From Candidatus Poribacteria bacterium (lineage in GTDB: Bacteria; Poribacteria; WGA-4E; WGA-3G): a stretch of 64,000 bases of DNA. Under the pieces are notes generated by a model. That model worked only from the letters and a program-made list of their open reading frames with translations, searched no databases and was not told the DNA's origin. The translations under genes and the position numbers were made by a program. Below are positions 49,021 to 58,780 of this stretch, one piece after another; positions within the stretch are counted from its first letter, which is position 1, and the number at the start of each line of letters is the position of its first letter. Location of the stretch: assembly GCA_965198235.1 (NCBI GenBank), contig OZ240248.1, forward strand, positions 3,648,001 through 3,712,000, read 5' to 3'.

Positions 49021-49944
49021 CTAAACCTCTTGGCGCGTTGTTTTTAGCAAAAGTAGTGTCACGAGCAGCAACGGCACAATGACTGCAGCAGAAACAGCGA
49101 TGGGGACCAGGGCACCGATGAGACACGGAAAAAAGAAGATTGAGCCGATCATCGAGCCCTTCAACGCGAGATAACCGTTTTTCTCGTTCGGTTGGAGGTA
49201 GAGTGAAATACGAGTGCCAACGGTGGCGATGATGCCTAAGACTACCCAAACGATATATGATTTGTGGAGATCCGGTTCCAACCAATACGGCAAAAAGGCG
49301 ATAGCAAAGGCAAGGACGGTAGCAACCGCCGAGAGCAGGAGTGCTGGACGGATGCCAATCTGGAGCGGAGTCGTTACGATGCCGAGTTCTTTATCACGCG
49401 AGATGTCTTTGAAGGTGGTGGTAATATGTGTGCCTAAATCGTAAAGCGTTGTGGCGGCAAAGGCATACCATACCAACCGTGGCACAGTCCCGCGCACTGC
49501 TAATGCTCCGAAGACGCTCAGTAGCCCAATTCCCAGAGGTAGTGTGAGGCTTCCTAAGATACCTTTTGCTTTGAAAATGGCGTTGTAGAGATGCGAGATT
49601 GCGACTAAACTTATCACCAAAAGACCCGTTTTAATATTGAGCCAGAAACCGCCAATGACACATAACCCGTAAATAATACTCGCGGGGACAATTGCCTGAC
49701 GCGGTGTCAGCCGCTGTGATGGAATCGGACGTTCTGGGTTCGTGTGTTTATCTGTTTCATGGTGAAAATAGTCGTTTTTTATCATTCCGGCGAAGTAGCC
49801 GCAGAGTGCAATCACCAATGCCGCAGCGACGCGTCGTGTAAAGTGCCCCTCACTGGCGATGAGTGCACCGGGCAGTGTTGCCACAATCGGAATCGCAAAA
49901 AGCGGATAGCGGATGAGTTCAAAATAGGCTTTGAAGCGGTTCAT
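49021..49944 (-). CDS. UbiA family prenyltransferase
   Basis: NDYFHHETDKHTNPERPIPS, KDISRDKELGIVTTP, multiple TM helices. Confidence 0.85.
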   Translation of the reverse strand: MNRFKAYFELIRYPLFAIPIVATLPGALIASEGHFTRRVAAALVIALCGYFAGMIKNDYFHHETDKHTNPERPIPSQRLTPRQAIVPASIIYGLCVIGGFWLNIKTGLLVISLVAISHLYNAIFKAKGILGSLTLPLGIGLLSVFGALAVRGTVPRLVWYAFAATTLYDLGTHITTTFKDISRDKELGIVTTPLQIGIRPALLLSAVATVLAFAIAFLPYWLEPDLHKSYIVWVVLGIIATVGTRISLYLQPNEKNGYLALKGSMIGSIFFFPCLIGALVPIAVSAAVIVPLLLVTLLLLKTTRQEV

Positions 49945-49958
49945 CTATCGACTTCCCA

Positions 49959-51047
49959 TTAGAAATTTTCGCGTGGCACACCTGCTTCTGTTACCGGAGA
50001 ATTTCTCGGCTCGTATGCTTCATCTACACCGTAAAACTGGTCGCTTTGTGTTCCGATACCGAGTTCGGTGATATTAGGTCCAATCTGTTTATTCCCTTGA
50101 ATAAAGTTGTCTCGGAGCCTACCCCCGTCGTAGACTGCCCAGCCGACGTTCAACGTTATATTGTTAGAGACTATCTCCGGTGAGGCAGTCGAATAGCAGA
50201 CAATAGCGTTCTCGTAATTGGCGCGGAGAATGTTATACTGAATACGGGGTCGAGCGTCATCTTCGCATATAATTCCGTAATTGTTAGCCGTGAACTCGTT
50301 GTATTCTACATCCGATGATGCGCTTCCTCGGAATTGTGTGCCTGTGCCGTTCCTATTAAATTCATTGCTGGTAATAGTCGGGCTGGTGTTATCAGAAAGG
50401 ACCGCTGTTTTGTTTTCGCTGAAAAGGCATCTCTCAATTTGGACGGCACCTGTTCGGCATGCGATGCCGATAGTTGCATGTTGGATACGGCAATACGTGA
50501 GCCGGCTATTCGGGCTTTGGGCTTCAATCTGAATTCCTGCCCAATCTCCTGCCTTTGGCGGATCAGCGGTTAAAGTTATCTGCGTTTCGGTGCTGGTACT
50601 TTCTTCCATCCCCATTGTCCCGAAACCTGATGTCATTGGAGTAAAGTGTGTTTCTATCTCAGGTTCTGGTTGCTGTTCGCGCTGTCTTCCCAAGGAACCG
50701 AAGACGATCATCCTGTCTGGCGATCCTTCTGCGTAGAGTTCACCATGCACGATGAGCTGGCTCGGCGTATCCATTGGTTCAAAACCGACGATGGTTCCCG
50801 ATCGGATCGTCAACGTGATACCTTCTGGAACAACAAGGGTGTCGGTAATATAGATGCGTCCGTCCCAAACCTCATTCTCTGTCAGTTCACCGGATTTCTC
50901 TATGATTTCTGAGGTGCCACCGACATCGAGATTGAATGTTTCACCTTGGCACCCGCAATAGAAAGCAGTGAAAACGCAGATGAGGGGGATTAGAAGGTTG
51001 CAGAACGAGACTTTCTGATGTTGCTGTGTGGTGGTTGCTATTTTCAT
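49959..51047 (-). CDS. Right-handed parallel beta-helix lipoprotein
   Basis: Lipobox-like YCGC; VPEGITLTIRSGT; AGDWAGI; SPTITSNEF-type repeats. Confidence 0.8.
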   Translation of the reverse strand: MKIATTTQQHQKVSFCNLLIPLICVFTAFYCGCQGETFNLDVGGTSEIIEKSGELTENEVWDGRIYITDTLVVPEGITLTIRSGTIVGFEPMDTPSQLIVHGELYAEGSPDRMIVFGSLGRQREQQPEPEIETHFTPMTSGFGTMGMEESTSTETQITLTADPPKAGDWAGIQIEAQSPNSRLTYCRIQHATIGIACRTGAVQIERCLFSENKTAVLSDNTSPTITSNEFNRNGTGTQFRGSASSDVEYNEFTANNYGIICEDDARPRIQYNILRANYENAIVCYSTASPEIVSNNITLNVGWAVYDGGRLRDNFIQGNKQIGPNITELGIGTQSDQFYGVDEAYEPRNSPVTEAGVPRENF

Positions 51048-51098
51048 AACTATAGTTTTAGCATAGGTAGAGGTTTATGTCAAGTGCGAAAAAAAGGT

Positions 51099-51127
51099 TT
51101 GACATCAGGTATAAAATTTGCTATAAT
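51099..51127 (+). promoter_or_regulatory. Consensus sigma70 promoter of the ffh operon
   Basis: TTGACA-N17-TATAAT with extended TG. Confidence 0.85.
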
Positions 51128-51302
51128 TGTATAATTAGGTGTTATTTTGTCGTTGCGCGGATTTACGCATCAGAACTTATGTGGATTTGATAGAACATTT
51201 TGGTCGTTTTATTTTAGATAACGGAATCGATAATTACACATTTTAGGCACTGAGCACGGGGTGCAAGTACATCTCACTCCTACAAAAAGGGACGCATAGA
51301 CA

Positions 51303-52700
51303 ATGTTTGAAAGTTTGGGCGATAGGTTACAAAGCACTTTCAAAAGACTCAAGGGACAGGGGAAGTTAACGGAGAACAATATCTCTGATACGCTGCGTGA
51401 GGTGCGTCGTGCATTTCTGGAAGCAGATGTTAACTATAAAGTCACACGTGAGTTTATAGAACGGATTAAAGTGCGCGCCCTCGGCCAAGAAGTACTCGGT
51501 AGCCTTACACCAGAACTGCAAATTGCTCGAATTATTGGTGAGGAACTCACCCAATTGATGGGTGAAAAGGCGGAGAAGATTCGCATCGCGCCGAGTGGTC
51601 CAACGGTGGTGATGCTGGCGGGGTTGCAAGGTGCAGGTAAAACGACTGTCGCGGCGAAGTTAGCACTTAGATTTCGCAAAGAGGGACGTAAACCCTTACT
51701 GGTTGCCGCTGATGTGTACCGACCTGCCGCTATTAAGCAGTTGCAGATTCTCGGCGAACAGACTGAAACGCCAGTGTTCTCAATGGGCACAGATGTCTCT
51801 CCTGTTGACATCGCTGAGTCATCTGTCAAGGAAGCTTTAGCACACGGACATAACTGCGTTATTATTGACACTGCTGGGCGTTTGCACATTGATGGGACAT
51901 TAATGGGTGAACTTCGGCAGATCAAAGAGCGGATTGACCTTACAGAAATCCTGCTTATCGTTGATGCGATGACGGGGCAGGATGCCGTGAATGTCGCCGA
52001 AAATTTCAATAATGATTTGGAGATTGATGGCGTTATCCTCACGAAAATGGATGGCGATGCTCGCGGTGGTGCTGCGCTCTCTATTCGGCATGTCACACAG
52101 AAACCGATTAAGTTCATCGGTGTCGGTGAAAAAATTGAGGCAGCGGCGTTAGAAGAGTTCCATCCTGAACGGATGTCTTCGCGCATCCTCGGACAGGGCG
52201 ATTTCCAAACTTTGCTTGAAAGAGCGGAGGAAGTTTTCACCGAGGATCAGGCGAAGGAACTTGAACGTAAACTCACAGAGAACAAAGGTTTAGATTTTGA
52301 CGATTTTCTCACGCAACTGGAGCAGATTAAGAATATGGGACCCTTGGATCAATTGATGGATCTGATGCCCTTTAAGAATCAGTTGCCTGTTGAAAACCTT
52401 ACACCGGATGAAAGCCTTTTGCAAACCGCGAAAGCGATCATCCATTCAATGACGCTTGAGGAGCGCAAGAATCCTCGGCTATTGGATAGAAGTCGAAAAC
52501 TCCGCATTTCCAAAGGCAGTGGAACAACAGTGAATCAAATAAACATGCTGGTTTCGCAGTTGCAGATGATGAATCGTATGTTAAACCAGCAAGCGGCGAT
52601 GGCGATGCCACAAATGGGTCGAAAAATGGGTTCTCTGCCGGGTTTGAAACGGCAGACATCGAAGAAACCCCGAAAACGGAAACGCCGCAAATCACGATAG
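51303..52700 (+). CDS. ffh: Signal recognition particle protein
   Basis: GLQGAGKTT, DTAGR, TKMDGDARGG, Met-rich C-terminus. Confidence 0.98.
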   Translation: MFESLGDRLQSTFKRLKGQGKLTENNISDTLREVRRAFLEADVNYKVTREFIERIKVRALGQEVLGSLTPELQIARIIGEELTQLMGEKAEKIRIAPSGPTVVMLAGLQGAGKTTVAAKLALRFRKEGRKPLLVAADVYRPAAIKQLQILGEQTETPVFSMGTDVSPVDIAESSVKEALAHGHNCVIIDTAGRLHIDGTLMGELRQIKERIDLTEILLIVDAMTGQDAVNVAENFNNDLEIDGVILTKMDGDARGGAALSIRHVTQKPIKFIGVGEKIEAAALEEFHPERMSSRILGQGDFQTLLERAEEVFTEDQAKELERKLTENKGLDFDDFLTQLEQIKNMGPLDQLMDLMPFKNQLPVENLTPDESLLQTAKAIIHSMTLEERKNPRLLDRSRKLRISKGSGTTVNQINMLVSQLQMMNRMLNQQAAMAMPQMGRKMGSLPGLKRQTSKKPRKRKRRKSR

Positions 52701-52758
52701 GGCGACTCAGAGAGGGTTGCCTTCTATGCACGCAGTGTAAATACCAAGGAGGTATTTT

Positions 52759-53163
52759 TTGGCAGTTAGAATTAGATTACAACGACACGGTAGAAAGAAA
52801 CGTCCTTTTTATCGACTTGTCGCGGCTGATGCACGCTCCCAAAGGGATGGCGTGTTTTTAGAACGCCTCGGTCATTACAATCCTATGACGGATCCGGCAG
52901 ATATTTTCATTGATGAAGAGAAAGCCTTAAAGTGGTTAAGACGGGGGGCACAACCTTCCGATACCGCAAAGTGGCTGCTTACCAAGAACGGGATTTTGAT
53001 GAAATTCGAGTACGAAAAATTAGGAAAACCGATGCCGGGGGATGAAGTCGTCGAAGAAGTCGCAGAAACAGAGGATGTCGAACCTACCGAGACACAGGAC
53101 GCAGCGTCTGAAGCGGACACCTCGCTCGACGAAGCAACGCCGGAACCCACCGAAGAAGAGTAG
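52759..53163 (+). CDS. rpsP: 30S ribosomal protein S16 (acidic C-terminal extension)
   Basis: [27 protein letters not shown]; TTG start with AGGAGG. Confidence 0.97.
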   Translation: MAVRIRLQRHGRKKRPFYRLVAADARSQRDGVFLERLGHYNPMTDPADIFIDEEKALKWLRRGAQPSDTAKWLLTKNGILMKFEYEKLGKPMPGDEVVEEVAETEDVEPTETQDAASEADTSLDEATPEPTEEE

Positions 53164-53229
53164 CATCTACTTCGACGGGTTCTGGAGACACGGGCAGTAA
53201 GCACATCTACTGAAATCCGAAAGTCAACT

Positions 53230-53481
53230 ATGTTCAAAGATTTGATTGAATATATCGTAAAATCTCTCGTCGATTATCCTGACCAGGTGGTGGTTCATGA
53301 AGTAACTGGCGAAACGGTCGTTATCATTGAGTTGACTGTCACAGAGGAAGATCTGGGGAAGATCATCGGTAGATATGGGAGAACGCTTAAAGCGATAAGA
53401 AGTGTCCTCTATACCGCGGGGTTGCAAGCGAATAAAAAGGTTATTCTTGAACTGATTGAACACTCAAGATCGGACGCATAG
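53230..53481 (+). CDS. khpA: KH-domain RNA-binding protein
   Basis: DLGKIIGRYGRT; canonical position after rpsP. Confidence 0.92.
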   Translation: MFKDLIEYIVKSLVDYPDQVVVHEVTGETVVIIELTVTEEDLGKIIGRYGRTLKAIRSVLYTAGLQANKKVILELIEHSRSDA

Positions 53482-53677
53482 ATTGAAGAATAGCAGTCAG
53501 GACGGAAAACCTTTCAGGTTTTCCTTTCAGCAGTCAGCGAAGAAAAGTTGGCAAGTGCCCTAAAGTCGTCCGTAAGTTATCAATACCTTCTCTCAACTTT
53601 ACGGACTTCGCAACTTTAGAACACTTGAGCATACCTTACCCCCACTGATAACCGATAGCTGAAAGCCGCCACTAAAG

Positions 53678-54406
53678 ATGATAATCGATGTTCTTGCCCT
53701 GTTTCCAGAGATAATCGCGCCAGCGTTGAAAACTGGCATCCTCAAGCGTGTTCAGGACGCCGATAGACTCACCGTCAATCTCTATAACCTACGGGATTGG
53801 GCAACCGACAAACATAAGTCGGTTGATGATTACCCTTATGGCGGTGGCGCGGGAATGATTCTTAAACCGGAACCTATTTTTGCAGCGATTGCGGCATTGA
53901 ACTCGGAGGCTAACGCACACGTTATCTATTTAACACCGCAAGGGACACCCTTAACACAGGAGTTTGCGGAATCGCTCTCCTTGGAAACGCATCTGATTCT
54001 TTTGTGTGGGCGTTACAAGGGCGTTGATGAAAGGGTACGCCACCAATTGGTGACAACTGAGGTTTCTATTGGGGACTATGTATTAAGCGGTGGGGAAATC
54101 GCTGCGCTTGTTTTGATTGATGCTATCGGTCGTGTCCTTCCCGGTGCCCTCGGCGATTACGAATCTGCACACGTCGATTCGTTCAGTCATGAATTGCTCG
54201 ACCATCCTCACTATACACGACCTGCTGAGTTTGCCGGAATAAGTGTCCCTGAGGTGCTTTTAAGTGGACATCATGAGAATATTGAGAAATGGCGGTATGC
54301 AGAGGCACTTAAACGGACCGCGAAATGCCGTCCAGATTTACTTCAGAAACTGGAACTGAGCGAAGAGGATATCGCTATTCTCAAAGCAGCGGGATTGATG
54401 GAGTAA
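53678..54406 (+). CDS. trmD: tRNA (guanine-N1)-methyltransferase
   Basis: [28 protein letters not shown]. Confidence 0.97.
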   Translation: MIIDVLALFPEIIAPALKTGILKRVQDADRLTVNLYNLRDWATDKHKSVDDYPYGGGAGMILKPEPIFAAIAALNSEANAHVIYLTPQGTPLTQEFAESLSLETHLILLCGRYKGVDERVRHQLVTTEVSIGDYVLSGGEIAALVLIDAIGRVLPGALGDYESAHVDSFSHELLDHPHYTRPAEFAGISVPEVLLSGHHENIEKWRYAEALKRTAKCRPDLLQKLELSEEDIAILKAAGLME

Positions 54407-54479
54407 CCAAAGAATTGGTGATTGGGTCTTTCTGCGACCTGTAAATCTGCATAAATATATATCAGCACTTATATTACAT

Positions 54480-54571
54480 TAGGACGGACGCAGACCCCGC
54501 GTATTTGCTGGCGAGGTTTCAAACCTCGCCAGCGGTTCACGGGAGCACGTCTCAATTTTGCGTAAGTCCTG
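54480..54571. mobile_element. MITE, YAGGACTTACGCA family, copy 3
   Basis: TIRs TAGGACGGACGCA / TGCGTAAGTCCTG; TTACAT duplicated on both flanks. Confidence 0.75.
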
Positions 54572-54600
54572 TTACATAATTGCATAAGGAGGAGTTCGAG

Positions 54601-54945
54601 ATGAATTTGATTGAATCTGTTGAAAATCAATATATGAAGGGCGATATCCCTAAGTTTGGTCCTGGGGATGTAGTCAAGGTGAACACCCGTATCCGTGAAG
54701 GGGAAAAAGAACGGATTCAGACGTACGAGGGAACCGTGATCCGTCGCGCCCATGGTGGATTAAAGGAAACGTTTACGGTTCGGCGTGTCGCATTCGGTGC
54801 TGGCAGTGAGAGAACCTTCCCTCTCCATTCGCCTAATATTGAGAGCATTCAGGTGGTTCGATACGGTGCCGTTCGCCGCGCGAAGTTGTATTACTTGCGC
54901 GAGCGTACTGGAAGATCTGCTCGTGTCAAAGAACGCAGAAGATAA
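54601..54945 (+). CDS. rplS: 50S ribosomal protein L19
   Basis: [22 protein letters not shown]; RBS AGGAGG. Confidence 0.97.
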   Translation: MNLIESVENQYMKGDIPKFGPGDVVKVNTRIREGEKERIQTYEGTVIRRAHGGLKETFTVRRVAFGAGSERTFPLHSPNIESIQVVRYGAVRRAKLYYLRERTGRSARVKERRR

Positions 54946-54949
54946 CCTA

Positions 54950-55549
54950 ATGGAGATGAATGTATTTGAGTTCGCATGCCAACAAAGTGGCTACAAACAG
55001 ATTGCTGGCATTGACGAGGCGGGCCGAGGTGCCTTGGCAGGTCCCGTCATTGCCGCTGCAGTCATCTTACCGACTCATTGCAGCATTAAAGGTTTGCGAG
55101 ATTCAAAGCAGTTGTCTCCGAAGCAACGTGCCCACCTGTTTGACGAAATCCACAACATCGCTGTATCCATAGGTGTTGGTTCCGCTGATCATCGGGTTAT
55201 TGATCGTTTGAATGTTCTTGAGGCGACTCTTTTGGCGATGCAGGAAGCGGTTGAAAAACTAACAGTGCCCCCCGATTACTTACTCGTTGATGGCTTGGAT
55301 TTACCTGAAGTAGATATTGTGGGTCAAGCAATTCCGAAGGGTGATAGCCAAAGTTATTCTATCGCGGCAGCCTCTATTATCGCTAAAGTCACTCGAGATC
55401 GGCTGATGGCTGAATTGGATCCAATCTACCCCAATTACGGATTCTCACGGCATAAAGGGTATCCCACATCCCAACATCGACAAGCGATTGCCCAGTTTGG
55501 CGCATCGGATATTCATCGTCGCACTTTTAAACTCCTTCCCGATGCTTGA
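54950..55549 (+). CDS. rnhB: Ribonuclease HII
   Basis: AGIDEAGRGALAGPV, DSKQL, IAAASIIAKVTRD, HKGYPT. Confidence 0.96.
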   Translation: MEMNVFEFACQQSGYKQIAGIDEAGRGALAGPVIAAAVILPTHCSIKGLRDSKQLSPKQRAHLFDEIHNIAVSIGVGSADHRVIDRLNVLEATLLAMQEAVEKLTVPPDYLLVDGLDLPEVDIVGQAIPKGDSQSYSIAAASIIAKVTRDRLMAELDPIYPNYGFSRHKGYPTSQHRQAIAQFGASDIHRRTFKLLPDA

Positions 55550-55839
55550 ACCGTTTACCGAACTCCGATATAAAACCTTCGATTTTCAGTCAGAGATATA
55601 AGACCCTCCTCGTCTATCACACCAAGAGTTCCTTTTTAATTCTATAAAAAAATCAGATTTCTATGATTTTTTTAAGATTATGCACCCTTTTCGCCTTAAA
55701 ATTGTATCATTATAATTCAATAGTAGGGAACGTATTAGATTTAACGATTTCAGTTCACTTACTGCCGTATGTTATATTTTCAATTGATGGGTCCTAACAC
55801 ATAACTGCTTCTACTGCCGTATGTGAGGAGGAATGCATT

Positions 55840-56523
55840 ATGAAACGCCATCCGTTTTTTCTACGAGAAGTCCATCGGACCTTATGTATAGGTTCTTCAA
55901 ATTCAACGCCGTTTATTTCTGTTGCGTCGCTTATCTTTTTGGTTTTGGCGATAAGTTGTGGTCCAGCACCGAAAGGACAGTACCACGTTCCCGAAACTGC
56001 GATTGCCGCCGCTGCGAAAACAATGCCAGAGCCGTCAATGCAGACTGCTGAGAACTTACCAGAATCCGCCGCAGTCAATTTGAGGCAGATGCCCTACGTC
56101 AGAAATCTTTTTAAACAGCCGCTGCGTATTGATAGGGGCGGACTTGACGATTTTTATGGGACGACCCGTGGTAAAGTGCAGCATATCGCTATTATCTCCA
56201 ACGCTTCGCTTGATGTGCTGAAAGCGTTTGTAGCGGAAGGATGGGCTCCTATTGTAGTGGTTCAATTGCAAGGACGGAGTCCGGAAATTTTACCGCTGTC
56301 TGCTTACGACGACCGGTCGAGCGAAGTAATTCTCCAAAATCCGGTTAATCTTGGCGAGCGTCGGGTGAGTTATAAGAATTTTGAAATGTATGGGGCGGCG
56401 AGTTCTCGGAACAAATGTGTCTTGATCACGCCGCAACGGCTCATGGATACGGACGTTTGGAAAGTGTTAAGGAGATATTTACCTACAGAAGCGTTCCAGC
56501 AGATTCGTGTGAGAAGCCGCTGA
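55840..56523 (+). CDS. Hypothetical lipoprotein
   Basis: Lipobox-like LAISC; RBS GAGGAGG. Confidence 0.65.
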   Translation: MKRHPFFLREVHRTLCIGSSNSTPFISVASLIFLVLAISCGPAPKGQYHVPETAIAAAAKTMPEPSMQTAENLPESAAVNLRQMPYVRNLFKQPLRIDRGGLDDFYGTTRGKVQHIAIISNASLDVLKAFVAEGWAPIVVVQLQGRSPEILPLSAYDDRSSEVILQNPVNLGERRVSYKNFEMYGAASSRNKCVLITPQRLMDTDVWKVLRRYLPTEAFQQIRVRSR

Positions 56524-56796
56524 TTCCAAATCTTGTTATTAGGCACGATTTATGGTAGTCCAATAGATAACTCTCACTGCGAGCAATTTGAACGTTCCCG
56601 TTTTTTGGTAAACAAATCGCGGGAGGAAACCGTTTTGTAGCACAAACTGTTAGAAGGAGCTCACGAGGTGCATCTGCCTTTGGATGAACTGTCATTTAAG
56701 GACAGGTTATACGTTGCTACCTACCAGCTCGGAATCTTTCAGGTCTCGCTTGAGGAAGAATAGATAACAGTGCGGTGGTAAGAAAGGAATGGAACT

Positions 56797-57795
56797 ATGA
56801 AGTTGGCATGGTCTCAACAGCTCACAAGGTCGTTCTGTTCACAGAAGTGTTTTTTTACACTACTGATGGGTCTTTTCATAGCATTGACAAGCCAATTTCC
56901 CGTTGATGCCATGAAGATCCTCTTTCAGTCAACCGAGAGTTTAAATAATTTTAGATATAGTATCTATATGATGAATGCCAATGGGAAGAACCTTGTCAAG
57001 CTCACCAAAGGTCGCGCATCGAACGCACATCCTACGTGGTCTCCAGGCGGAAGACAGATTGCCTTTGCCTCGAACCGTGATGGAGACTATGAAGTTTATG
57101 TCATGAACCCTGATGGTACGCATCGTGTCCAATTGACGAAAAACCTATTGGCAATTGATAGCCATCCTACGTGGTCTCCGGACGGAACGAAAATTGCCTT
57201 TGTCTCAGATCGAGATGGCGACGATGACATCTATGTGGTGAATGCTAAGGGTGGCAACGCAATGAACCTCACCCGGAATTCAAAAACAGAGTGGTATCCT
57301 GCTTGGTCTCCGGATGGAACGCGAATCGCCTATGCCTCATCCCTTCGTGGTGACTTTTTTAGTGTTTTCGTGATGAACGCCGATGGTTCTAATCCCATTC
57401 AACTGACGAAAAACCCGTGGGCAACGGAATGGCATCCTGCGTGGTCTCCGGATGGGAAGCAGATTGTTTTTTCTTCAGACCGTGATGGCAACTATGAAAT
57501 CTATGTGATGAACGCCGATGGCACCAATCCTGTTCGATTGACGAAGCATCAGGTAGCAGACATTTATCCTGCGTGGTCTCCGGATGGGAAGCAGATTGCC
57601 TTTTCTTCGGGCCGCGATGGCAACGGTTTTGATATTTTCGTGATGAAGTCCGAGGGTTCCAATCCTGTCAACATCACGCGAAATCAAGGTAGCCATGATT
57701 TTAATGTTTCTTGGCAACCTGCGCCGTTTGCCGTTTCCCCAAAGACGAAGTTAGTAACACTGTGGGGTGCCATTAAATATAATAAGGCAAAATAA
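56797..57795 (+). CDS. TolB-like PD40 beta-propeller protein with C-terminal tail motif
   Basis: Repeats of P(T/A)WSPDGxxIAFxSxRDG; ends AVSPKTKLVTLWGAIK. Confidence 0.9.
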   Translation: MKLAWSQQLTRSFCSQKCFFTLLMGLFIALTSQFPVDAMKILFQSTESLNNFRYSIYMMNANGKNLVKLTKGRASNAHPTWSPGGRQIAFASNRDGDYEVYVMNPDGTHRVQLTKNLLAIDSHPTWSPDGTKIAFVSDRDGDDDIYVVNAKGGNAMNLTRNSKTEWYPAWSPDGTRIAYASSLRGDFFSVFVMNADGSNPIQLTKNPWATEWHPAWSPDGKQIVFSSDRDGNYEIYVMNADGTNPVRLTKHQVADIYPAWSPDGKQIAFSSGRDGNGFDIFVMKSEGSNPVNITRNQGSHDFNVSWQPAPFAVSPKTKLVTLWGAIKYNKAK

Positions 57796-57821
57796 AATTT
57801 GCGCTCTTAAAGCATATCGTA

Positions 57822-57970
57822 TAGGACTTACGCAGCCTGCTTGTTTTCGCGCAGGTTTTGGTTCGTAGTCGCGCAATGGCGCAAGTCGCGTGTGGACTTG
57901 CGGGACAATGCGCATTCTTGGGGTGTGGCTAATCAATTTCATCGTGGAATCCAAATTTGCGTAAGTCCTA
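57822..57970. mobile_element. MITE, YAGGACTTACGCA family, copy 4
   Basis: Perfect 13-bp TIRs TAGGACTTACGCA / TGCGTAAGTCCTA; TCGTA duplicated on both flanks. Confidence 0.85.
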
Positions 57971-58044
57971 TCGTATATAGGGTTTCCTACATATTCGCGC
58001 GGTCCGACTGTACGATAAAAAATGGTTGTTTCTGGATTTGACTA

Positions 58045-58353
58045 ATGGAGCGGAAGATGAGAATCCGATTGGGACTATTAACTTTGCGGAGTAGTCTGAT
58101 AGAAGTGCTCATAGTTTTTGTGCTTTTGGGCACCTTGGTGTTAGTAAGCATGACACAGTGGACTGAAGCGAGAATCGCAAAACGGAATGGTCTTTATAGT
58201 ATCTACGTGATGAATACCGATGATAGCGGGGTTGTTGCCGTTGTTGAGGACTTAGGATTGGTGATAACTCCAGCGTGGTCCCCAAAACCGTTGGCTGTTT
58301 CTGCCAAAGGAAAATCGTCGACTTTGCGGGGAACTCTCAAGAGCAAACAGTAG
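58045..58353 (+). CDS. Mini-protein: hydrophobic pilin-like N-terminus + single PD40 repeat + degenerate C-terminal tail
   Basis: SLIEVLIVFVLLGTL; IYVMNTDDS...PAWSP; AVSAKGKSSTLRGTLK. Confidence 0.55.
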   Translation: MERKMRIRLGLLTLRSSLIEVLIVFVLLGTLVLVSMTQWTEARIAKRNGLYSIYVMNTDDSGVVAVVEDLGLVITPAWSPKPLAVSAKGKSSTLRGTLKSKQ

Positions 58354-58381
58354 TTATGTGCTTAGAGGACGGGAGACATAG

Positions 58382-58768
58382 ATGGATCGTTCACGTTTGA
58401 ACGTCGCAAAAATTGGTGAGTCGTTGGCAGTGAAGCACCTCAAAGCGCGAGGGTGTGAAATCCTTGCACAGAATTATCGTGCGGTACGCGGCGAAATCGA
58501 TCTCATCGCACAGGATGGCGAATTCACCGTTTTTGTGGAAGTGAAAACGCGACGGAGCCTCAGATTTGGCTTGCCCCAAGCGGCTGTGACGCTACAGAAA
58601 CAGCGACAAATCTCCAAAGTTGCTTTGGCATATCTACAAGCCCGAAACCTCTTAGACACGCCTTGCCGTTTTGATGTTATCGCAATTCACTTGTCCCCGC
58701 AGCTTGAATTGTTACACCTTGAGCAGATTGAAAGTGCGTTTATGTTTCAAGCCGGAAGTAGATTCTGA
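58382..58768 (+). CDS. yraN: YraN family PD-(D/E)XK protein
   Basis: GEIDLIA, FVEVKTR, RFDV; usual rnhB neighbour. Confidence 0.9.
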   Translation: MDRSRLNVAKIGESLAVKHLKARGCEILAQNYRAVRGEIDLIAQDGEFTVFVEVKTRRSLRFGLPQAAVTLQKQRQISKVALAYLQARNLLDTPCRFDVIAIHLSPQLELLHLEQIESAFMFQAGSRF

Positions 58769-58780
58769 ACTGCTTCCTGT

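Noticed and set aside
51128-51302. SRP RNA (ffs) or a riboswitch in the ffh leader
   Set aside because: No SRP domain IV motif or recognisable riboswitch consensus was seen.
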